Positions 28,417-35,959 of a DNA stretch of 64,000 bases are shown here, one piece after another. Every line of letters starts with the position of its first letter. Position 1 is the stretch's first letter. The notes under the pieces are model-generated. The model was given only the letters and a program-made list of their open reading frames with translations. It did no database searches and was not told where the DNA came from. The stretch lies in contig CAXXVL010000002.1 in assembly GCA_963667845.2 (NCBI GenBank), positions 1,632,001 to 1,696,000 of the forward strand, given 5' to 3'. The translations under genes were made by a program, and so were the position numbers. This stretch comes from Smithellaceae bacterium. Lineage in GTDB: Bacteria > Desulfobacterota > Syntrophia > Syntrophales > Smithellaceae.

Positions 28417-30585
28417 ATGTACAGGCCCAACGTTTCCGCCCAAGCTATCCTTAAATTAAGTTTCATGTTCATAGCACTCTTGACTGTTATTACAGGTTGT
28501 GGCGGCGGCGGAGGAGGAAGCGCACCGTCGACCTACAGCATTTCGGGTGCCGTGAGCGGTGATACGCTTGCTGGCGTGGCGATCAACCTGACCGGTGCGG
28601 CGACTGCTTCGACCACAACAGCGGCGGACGGCAAATTCAGCTTTACGGGTCTGGCGAACGGGATATACCAGGTCACTGCTGTGAAGGCGGGGTTTAAGTT
28701 CAACCCGGTCACTTCCCGAGTCGTCGTCAGCGGGGCAAATGTAACCAATGCCAATTTTGTGGCGACAACCAGTGTTGATCCGACGTACAGCCTTTCCGGC
28801 AAGGTATCCGGCGTTGTGCAGGCAAACGTGATCGTTACCTTAAGCGGGGCCGCTACCGGGACAACACAGACAGACGCAAGCGGCAATTACAGTTTTTCGG
28901 GTCTTGTGGATGGCAACTATACGGTAACGCCTTCTCTGACGGGCTATATTTTTGAGCCCGACAAGCTCGACATAACCATAAGCGGCAGCAGTTTAACGAA
29001 CCAAAATTTTACGTCCAAGACTATTCCCGTTCCCACATACACTCTATCAGGCACGGTTAGCGGTGCGACGGCTGAGGGTGTTACGGTTAATCTGACCGGC
29101 GCGGCAACCGCTTCTACAACAACCGGAGCAGACGGGAGCTACAGTTTTACAGGACTTTTTAACGGTTCTTATACGGTAACTCCCGTAAAAACCGGCTTTA
29201 CCTTCACCGACAGCAGCAGAACGGTGACTGTCAGTGGAGCGAACATTACCGGCATCGATTTTGTGGCGGCTGTCTATGTTGAACCAACCTATACGATTTC
29301 CGGCACGGTAAGCGGAGTAGTCCTGGAAGGTGTGACCATGACGTTAAGCGGCGCCGGTTCAGCTTCGACCACAACAAACGCCAGCGGAAATTACAGTTTC
29401 CCGAACCTTGTGAACGGCAGTTATACGGTGACGCCCTCCATAGCGGGCAATAACTTCAGCCCGGCGAGCAGCGTGGTTGTCGTTAGCGGAGCAAACAGGA
29501 GTGGTATCAATTTCGAATCATCAACCGCCTATACTCAGGCCGATCTGACGGGGACGTGGAATGTCAGCGTCCTGCAAACAAACAGCAATGATAGCTATAG
29601 CAAATGGTTCCGTCGCACACTTACGTTTGATGCTGCCGGAAGTTTGACCGCTGCGTCGTCTTGTCTGGACAGCGCGGGAAGCACAACATGCCCGGCCGCA
29701 GGTTCACTTACGTGGACAATCAGTGCCGGGGGCGTAATCACCCCTGAAAGTGGCGTCAGTGCGGACACAGGCCCAGTTCATATGACAATGACGTCTACGA
29801 AGAATTTTATCGCGGGAACGAGCAGCAGCTTGAGCGGTTCATACCCGCAATTAAGGGTCATTCAGAAGGTTGTCCCGGGTACGGTTTATTCGAGCGCCGA
29901 CATACAGAGCAAACAATTTGTTTTCCATGAAATGATCGTCGGGGCCAGCACAAACACAAAATGGCGCTATGGGAGCGGCGCGACGGACGCATCCGGTGCT
30001 TTCGCCCTGACGAGCTTGAACGAACCGTCCGGGGCGAAACCGCCGTCGGAGGTGGTCTGGGGAACCATGTCGGTGGACGCGGGCGGTGTCGTCTCGATGA
30101 ATGGCTCAGGCATGGTGAATAACTACAAGGGTTTCCTGTCTGACGATAAGAGAACGGTTGTCGGGACATACACGGACACCGCAACATCAACATATCGGCT
30201 GATGATTATTCAACTAACCACGCGCAATGATTATCCCGCGGGGTCGCTCCCCGCTTCCAAATGGTCCAGCAGTATCCTGGCCAAAAGCACCAATTCCCTG
30301 GCGGGGGCCGGCTGGGTTTCCTGCAGCAATACAGTCGATGCCAGCGGTAACATGACATTCGGCATTGATTGGAACAGCGATAATGATAACTTTAAGAGTA
30401 GGAGGCCCACCACTCCATTTACTGGATCCCTCACCTCATCGGGCACAGTCACCATGTCCGGAAGCAACTACCACGGACAGGCCTCTGATGACTGGAACTT
30501 CCTCGTGGGAACTATGACCCTTGAGGTGAGTGTTCCCTTTGTCGGCACGATCCCAGTGTATTTCCTTCAAGTCAGCACAAGGTAA
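28417..30585 (+). CDS. Surface lipoprotein with four carboxypeptidase-regulatory-like/SdrD-B-like beta-sandwich repeats
   Basis: ITGC lipobox plus Gly linker; four TYxxSGxVSG...GxYxVT repeats; Ser/Thr/Gly-rich C-terminal domain. Confidence 0.88.
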   Translation: MYRPNVSAQAILKLSFMFIALLTVITGCGGGGGGSAPSTYSISGAVSGDTLAGVAINLTGAATASTTTAADGKFSFTGLANGIYQVTAVKAGFKFNPVTSRVVVSGANVTNANFVATTSVDPTYSLSGKVSGVVQANVIVTLSGAATGTTQTDASGNYSFSGLVDGNYTVTPSLTGYIFEPDKLDITISGSSLTNQNFTSKTIPVPTYTLSGTVSGATAEGVTVNLTGAATASTTTGADGSYSFTGLFNGSYTVTPVKTGFTFTDSSRTVTVSGANITGIDFVAAVYVEPTYTISGTVSGVVLEGVTMTLSGAGSASTTTNASGNYSFPNLVNGSYTVTPSIAGNNFSPASSVVVVSGANRSGINFESSTAYTQADLTGTWNVSVLQTNSNDSYSKWFRRTLTFDAAGSLTAASSCLDSAGSTTCPAAGSLTWTISAGGVITPESGVSADTGPVHMTMTSTKNFIAGTSSSLSGSYPQLRVIQKVVPGTVYSSADIQSKQFVFHEMIVGASTNTKWRYGSGATDASGAFALTSLNEPSGAKPPSEVVWGTMSVDAGGVVSMNGSGMVNNYKGFLSDDKRTVVGTYTDTATSTYRLMIIQLTTRNDYPAGSLPASKWSSSILAKSTNSLAGAGWVSCSNTVDASGNMTFGIDWNSDNDNFKSRRPTTPFTGSLTSSGTVTMSGSNYHGQASDDWNFLVGTMTLEVSVPFVGTIPVYFLQVSTR
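28531..29526 (+). repeat. Intragenic tandem repeat, 4 x 252 bp
   Basis: Units start at 28531, 28783, 29035, 29287. Confidence 0.85.
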
Positions 30586-30592
30586 AACTTTT

Positions 30593-30633
30593 CGACGGAT
30601 GGAGGCACTGTAAAAGCAGGCCTCCATCCGTCG
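30593..30633. terminator. Strong hairpin between convergent lipoprotein and epmA genes
   Basis: 14-bp perfect stem CGACGGATGGAGGC/GCCTCCATCCGTCG. Confidence 0.6.
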
Positions 30634-30684
30634 CGGTCTTTCATCAAGGAGTTGACATTTCTGAATCTGCAGACATTGGAAGGA

Positions 30685-31623
30685 TCAGAGACTTTCCGGC
30701 GGGAAGGCAACGACATCATCAATGACGGCCGTATCGATAAGCAGCATGATCATGCGGTCGATGCCGAGCGCGATGCCGGCTGATGGCGGCAGGTACTCCA
30801 GAGCAGTGAGAAATTTTTCCGGCATGGAGTAAGGCGCCCAATGCTTGGCGGCCCGTGCCTCAGATGCTTCTGCAAAACGCCGCCTTTGTTCGCCCGCGTC
30901 CGTCAATTCCGAAAAACCATTGGCCAGTTCCATGCCGCCGATATAGAGCTCAAAGCGCTCCGCGACTGCCGGATCGCTCTTTTTTATACGGGCCAATGCC
31001 GCGAGAGGTGCCGGATAATCGCAAAGGAAGGTCGGGCGTTCGCCGCCCAGGCGAGGTTCGATATACTCGACCAGGATTTCATCAAACCGCTGCTGGCACA
31101 GGGCTTCCTGCACAGAGATCGGCGCAAATTTCAGAAAAGCGTCGGCGACGGTCAGCTTTTCCCAGGGTGATTCGATACTTATTTTTTTATTCTGCCGGAC
31201 GATGTGCCCGTTAAACCCCATCTTCGTAAACGCGGCGCTGAGCAGCTCCTCGCATTGATCCATCAGCTGCGTATAATCGAACCCGGCAACATACCATTCG
31301 AGCATCGTGAATTCCGGCAGATGTCTGCCGCCACGTTCCCCGGCGCGAAAGCATTTGCAGAATTGAAAAATCCGGGGATAGCCTGCCGCGAGGAGCCGCT
31401 TCATGCCCAGCTCGGGAGACGTCTGCAGGAACCAGTCGCCCGAGGGGATGGCTTCGATATGTTCTTCGGGAGCGGGGGCGGGGATGCGAACGGGTGTTTC
31501 GATTTCCAGAAAACGACGTTCTATGAATGAATCGCGAAGGCCCTGAATAAATCTGGCGCGCAAGTGCAGTGCCTGCGACTTGCGCGCCAGATAGAAATGA
31601 TCATCCTGTTGGAATGTGCTCAT
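30685..31623 (-). CDS. epmA: EF-P lysine aminoacylase (EpmA/GenX/PoxA)
   Basis: LysRS catalytic domain only: LQTSPE, FRAGE, HLPEFTMLEWY, ERFELY, ELANGFSEL, GIALGIDR; adjacent to efp. Confidence 0.95.
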   Translation of the reverse strand: MSTFQQDDHFYLARKSQALHLRARFIQGLRDSFIERRFLEIETPVRIPAPAPEEHIEAIPSGDWFLQTSPELGMKRLLAAGYPRIFQFCKCFRAGERGGRHLPEFTMLEWYVAGFDYTQLMDQCEELLSAAFTKMGFNGHIVRQNKKISIESPWEKLTVADAFLKFAPISVQEALCQQRFDEILVEYIEPRLGGERPTFLCDYPAPLAALARIKKSDPAVAERFELYIGGMELANGFSELTDAGEQRRRFAEASEARAAKHWAPYSMPEKFLTALEYLPPSAGIALGIDRMIMLLIDTAVIDDVVAFPPESL

Positions 31624-31630
31624 GATTTTA

Positions 31631-31788
31631 CGGCTTTTCAAAATGTTTCAGAGGCACGGCACGCGAGGCGTGAGGAATGAGGCGTATTATTATACGCGTG
31701 ACCTCGAGTGCCCTTCAGGGCTTCAGGTTATACGCCGCAGCGACGAGGGCCGAAGCGCAACGATGCCTGTGAGCATTTTGAAAAGCTG
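31631..31788. mobile_element. MITE-like non-autonomous element
   Basis: ~25-bp imperfect terminal inverted repeats CGGCTTTTCAAAATGTTTCAGAGGCA / TGCCTGTGAGCATTTTGAAAAGCTG; internal palindromic segments; no coding capacity. Confidence 0.65.
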
Positions 31789-32352
31789 TCAGCCTTTGAC
31801 GCGTGTCAGATACTCTCCGGTCCTCGTGTCAATGCGGATTTTTTCTCCCTCGGAAACGAATGTCGGTACCAGAACCGTAGCGCCCGTCTGCACTTTGACC
31901 GGTTTGGTTGCGCCGGAGACGGTATCCCCTTTCGCCCAGGGTTCGGCTTCCGTAACGACCAGTTCAACAAAATTGGGCAGGCTGATGCCGATGGGCCGAT
32001 CCTCAAACAGCAGGATCTCTACTTCGATATTGTCGGTCATGTAATTGATGGCATCGTCGACCTGTGCTTCCGTCAGATAAACCTGTTCATAGTTTTCATT
32101 ATCCATGAAACAGTATTTATCGCCCTCCTTATAAAGATACTGCATTTTCTTCTCGCGTAGGTCTGCCGGTTCAAACATGTCCACGGAACGGAACGTGCGT
32201 TCGAACTGGTTGCCGTTGATCATGTTTTTAAGCTTGGTGCGATACAGAGCCTGGCCTTTGCCGGGTTTCACAAAATTGAATTCGGTGATTACATAGGGAT
32301 CACCGTCGATTTTAAGGCGCAGACCTTTTCTTAAATCACTTGCCGTGTACAT
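31789..32352 (-). CDS. efp: Elongation factor P
   Basis: FVKPGKGQA loop (Lys), KGDT, VPTFV, IDTRTGEY. Confidence 0.98.
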   Translation of the reverse strand: MYTASDLRKGLRLKIDGDPYVITEFNFVKPGKGQALYRTKLKNMINGNQFERTFRSVDMFEPADLREKKMQYLYKEGDKYCFMDNENYEQVYLTEAQVDDAINYMTDNIEVEILLFEDRPIGISLPNFVELVVTEAEPWAKGDTVSGATKPVKVQTGATVLVPTFVSEGEKIRIDTRTGEYLTRVKG

Positions 32353-32419
32353 AAAACGTATTTCTCCTCATCCTTTAATATTGTCAGGATTTATTTTGAC
32401 GCCTTTCCTAATCCAAATA

Positions 32420-33508
32420 TTAAAAAAAGTCAAAGAAATCTTGATGTTTTCGCAAATCATTTTTTATTGACGCCGACATGGCCAGAAGCGGAGTTTTTCC
32501 CGCGGAGCCGGGCAGGTCGGCCACATATTGCGGCAGCGCCAGTCCGGAGCAATGCCTGCGCAACCCTTCCATCATGGTCAGTCCCGATTTGACTTCCGTG
32601 CGGAAATGAGTGCAGCCTTTGACGGGTTCGCAGTGAAAAAGATAATAGGGGCGTACCGATGCCTTTTGTAATCCGTAGAGCAGACGTTTCATTACGTCCG
32701 GAGAATCATTGATCCCTTTGAGCAGGACCGACTGATTGGAAACCGGAATGCCCGCTTCCTGAAGCATATCGCATGCGCGCGCGGATTCCGGTGTAATTTC
32801 CGCCGGGTGATTGAACTGCGTATTGAACCACAGGGGCCGGCAGCGCTTCAGGATCCGGCAGAGATTGTTTGTGATCCGCATGGGCAGTACAACGGGCATG
32901 CGGCTGCCGATGCGCAACACCTCCACATGCGGTATGGCGGCAAAGGCTTTAAGAATCATCTCCAGCTTTTCATCATCGTACGTGAGGGGATCACCGCCGG
33001 ACAGAATGACTTCCCGAACCTGAGGGGAGTCCGAAACATAACGGACCATCTTTTTCAGACGGCCGGCAAGCGAAGAGGCGTCACGGGTTTTCCAGTGCCG
33101 CTTGCGATTGCAGTGCCGGCAGTAGGTTGCACATGTTTTTGTCACAAGGGCCAGAACCCGGTCGGGATAGCGATGGAGCAGTTTCGGCGCCGGCATGAAG
33201 CTGTCTTCATTGAGCGGATCCGCCGGGCAGTCAGGGGCAAGGGAAATTTCCCGCAGATCCGGAATACACTGCAAGGCCAGAGGGTCGTTGGGATCGTCAA
33301 AGTGAATCAAGGATAGATAGTAGGGCGTAACCGCCATGGGATAAATGCCCAGTACCTGACGCATCTTTTCAACGTCGGTCACGGGCCTGTCCGACATTCC
33401 GGCCAGCCCGGCAATCGATGTGACGCGGTTCTTAAATTGCCAGTGCCAATCCAGCCAATTCTGACGGGACGCATCCGGAAAACAAGAAAGCATTTTTTTC
33501 TTATCCAT
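32420..33508 (-). CDS. epmB: KamA-family radical SAM lysine 2,3-aminomutase (EpmB-like)
   Basis: HRYPDRVL, CATYCRHC, SGGDPL, FNHPAE, NQSVLLKGIND, RPYYL; upstream of efp-epmA. Confidence 0.8.
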   Translation of the reverse strand: MDKKKMLSCFPDASRQNWLDWHWQFKNRVTSIAGLAGMSDRPVTDVEKMRQVLGIYPMAVTPYYLSLIHFDDPNDPLALQCIPDLREISLAPDCPADPLNEDSFMPAPKLLHRYPDRVLALVTKTCATYCRHCNRKRHWKTRDASSLAGRLKKMVRYVSDSPQVREVILSGGDPLTYDDEKLEMILKAFAAIPHVEVLRIGSRMPVVLPMRITNNLCRILKRCRPLWFNTQFNHPAEITPESARACDMLQEAGIPVSNQSVLLKGINDSPDVMKRLLYGLQKASVRPYYLFHCEPVKGCTHFRTEVKSGLTMMEGLRRHCSGLALPQYVADLPGSAGKTPLLAMSASIKNDLRKHQDFFDFF

Positions 33509-33616
33509 AACATTTTAGACCATTTGCGGCAGGTGTCGTATCACAATTTCCCGCCCGTGCAAAGGAAATCCATAAGCTGCCAAAACCTAAAAAAAAGGAG
33601 AATTTGGTAAGCGGTC

Positions 33617-34636
33617 ATGATATGCAAGAGCAGATATCTGCAATCGGAGGGATTCCCGGTGGTCTCTATACAGGAACGTAAAGAACGGGTGGCAATTTTG
33701 TCGGTCGCGTCGAATTCGACACTGGTTGTTTTTAAAATCATTGTCGGCGCTCTGATCGGGTCAGTGTCGATTATTTCGGAAGCGATTCATTCGGGTATGG
33801 ATTTACTGGCGGCGATCATTGCAATGGTCTCGGTTAAGAAATCGCACCTTCCGGCAGATGAGGTTCATCCTTTCGGACACGGCAAAGTTGAAAGCATCTC
33901 CGGATTGATCGAAGCGGTCTTGATTTTCCTTGCAGCGTTCTGGATCATTTTCGAGGCGCTCAAAAAACTGGCATCTGCGCAGGAAGTAGAATCGCCCGGA
34001 TGGGGCGTTGCCGTGATGTTCTTATCCGCCGTCCTTAATTTTTTTGTCTCTCAGAGGCTTTTTGCCGTCGGAAAAGAAGCCGATTCCATCGCTCTGACGG
34101 CGGATGCCTGGCATTTGCGGACCGACGTTTTCACATCCGTTGGCGTTATGATCAGCCTGTCTATCATCTGGATCAGCCATTTCTTTTTTGTTGATCCGCG
34201 TATTCACTGGCTGGATCCGGTCGCGGCGATATTCGTGGCCACATTTATCCTGAAGGCGGCCTATGATTTGACCTCGCAGGCGCTCGGCGATCTGATGGAC
34301 GTGAAGTTGCCGCCGGATGAAGAGGAATGGATCCGCGAGGTGATCGCAAATCGCAAGCCGGAGATCCATGGGTATCACCAGCTAAAGACACGCAAGGCGG
34401 GCAATTTCCGGTTCATCGAATTTCACATTAAAGTTGATCCGCAGATGACGGTAGAGGCGTCGCATGGTATTACCCGTGAACTCAAACACGTAATTATGGA
34501 TAAACTTCCGGCCGCTGCCGTTACCATTCACGTGGAACCCTGTGATGGGAACTGCACGGAAGTCTGCCTGTCCGGCTGTCTGCTGCTTCATCGGCATAGC
34601 GGCATGTCCGCGCAAGGGGACGGAAAAGCCGTATAG
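33617..34636 (+). CDS. Cation diffusion facilitator transporter
   Basis: SEAIHSGMD, HPFGHGKVE, ADAWHLRTD, LDPVAA, IHVEP; start may be GTG 33659. Confidence 0.93.
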   Translation: MICKSRYLQSEGFPVVSIQERKERVAILSVASNSTLVVFKIIVGALIGSVSIISEAIHSGMDLLAAIIAMVSVKKSHLPADEVHPFGHGKVESISGLIEAVLIFLAAFWIIFEALKKLASAQEVESPGWGVAVMFLSAVLNFFVSQRLFAVGKEADSIALTADAWHLRTDVFTSVGVMISLSIIWISHFFFVDPRIHWLDPVAAIFVATFILKAAYDLTSQALGDLMDVKLPPDEEEWIREVIANRKPEIHGYHQLKTRKAGNFRFIEFHIKVDPQMTVEASHGITRELKHVIMDKLPAAAVTIHVEPCDGNCTEVCLSGCLLLHRHSGMSAQGDGKAV

Positions 34637-34841
34637 CAAAAATATCGTGCACAATGATTGCGCCGGAAGCGACCCCTGGCTGCCGTCGAGGCCCAGATCG
34701 GGAGGCTCTTTTTTGCTAACTCCGGGGGTGTGAATCTCTTTGCCGTGCCGGGTATTTTGCCCATGCCAGAGAAGGAAGGCTCTGCAAAATCGGCAGAAAT
34801 AACTTCAGGATAAAATCGATCTTATTCTTGTTTTTCAATCA

Positions 34842-34870
34842 TTGACAATATGACCCATCTATACTATTAA
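34842..34870 (+). promoter_or_regulatory. Predicted sigma70 promoter
   Basis: TTGACA-17 bp-TATTAA upstream of GAGGAG SD and ATG 34905. Confidence 0.55.
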
Positions 34871-34904
34871 GGTGCAAAATTAATTTTAAAGAGAGGAGTA
34901 CGCT

Positions 34905-35525
34905 ATGAAGAAATCAAATGTTTTGATGCGTCGTTTTGTCTTGTCGGTTTCAGGGGTGTTTCTGATAGCACTGGTGATGGGTTGCAGCTCTTTGAATTCG
35001 AGCGTAAGCAGTGCGCCGGGTGCTTTAAAGGGCGTTTTTATGGATGGGCCGGTTGGCGGACTGAACTATTCTACCCCGACGCTTAAAGGCGTAACCAAAG
35101 CAGATGGTATCTTTGAATATAAGGCGGGTGAAACCGTTACTTTTTCGGTAGGCACTCTGGTGCTGGGTTCCACGGCCGGAAAGCCGGTGGTTACACCTCT
35201 GGATATCGTCCCCGCCGCGAAAGATGTTAAGGATCAGCGCGTTGTGAATATCTGCGTTTTGCTGCAGACACTTGATCAGAACGGGGATTCTGCCGACGGC
35301 CTTATGATTACCGAAAAAACGGCATCGTTCGTGTCCCAGTACGGGAAAGACATCAATTTTGATAAGCCGGTACGCGCCTTTTCTTTTGATGCAGGTCTGC
35401 GCAGCGTGATGGCCGAGCTGAATAACGTCGATGCATTCGGCGACATGCCCAGAGCCGTGAAACCTCCGACTGTGGCGCAGAAGCACCTGGAAGCGACACT
35501 CGCGGATCTGGCGAAAAAGAAGTAA
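34905..35525 (+). CDS. Hypothetical lipoprotein (adhesin-like domain)
   Basis: VMGC lipobox; GVFMDGPVGGLNY..GVT..DG.FEY..GETVTFSVG and LLQTLD segments typical of secreted lipoprotein domains. Confidence 0.8.
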   Translation: MKKSNVLMRRFVLSVSGVFLIALVMGCSSLNSSVSSAPGALKGVFMDGPVGGLNYSTPTLKGVTKADGIFEYKAGETVTFSVGTLVLGSTAGKPVVTPLDIVPAAKDVKDQRVVNICVLLQTLDQNGDSADGLMITEKTASFVSQYGKDINFDKPVRAFSFDAGLRSVMAELNNVDAFGDMPRAVKPPTVAQKHLEATLADLAKKK

Positions 35526-35566
35526 TTAGCAGACATCCGTAAGCCATCTTCTCCAATACATTATTT

Positions 35567-35602
35567 GAGGGCTTTTGCCGCAAGGTGAAAGCCCTCTTGT
35601 TT
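35567..35602 (+). terminator. Intrinsic terminator
   Basis: GAGGGCTTTTGCC-GCAA-GGTGAAAGCCCTC then TTGTTT. Confidence 0.65.
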
Positions 35603-35959
35603 ATGATCAGGACCCCGGCGATCTTGTCGATTAGCGGGCAACCCTGCTGAAGCACTACTCTGATTGATGATCTTCTCCTGATGAAGAGAGCTATGGCGGC
35701 ACCTTGCAGACGCCACGGTTTCCCGGTTCATTTATGCCGGAATGATATTCAGATTGTTAAATCAGCGGCTTTCCGCGGCATTCCGTGTCGCAGGTGCTTG
35801 AGCTCTTTCGTAACCCGTGTCCTCTTGAATAACGGCGCGCGAAGATAATCCCCCCTTTTTGCCGTCGGAATTCATATCGCCAAAGTCTGCGGCTTCAATA
35901 CATATGTGTCAGCGGTGAAAAAATATCGTTCTTAATTCTCTTCGGAAGTGAACATAACC

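Noticed and set aside
31616..32160. Plus-strand ORFs crossing the MITE and efp
   Set aside because: Not transposase-like; antisense to efp
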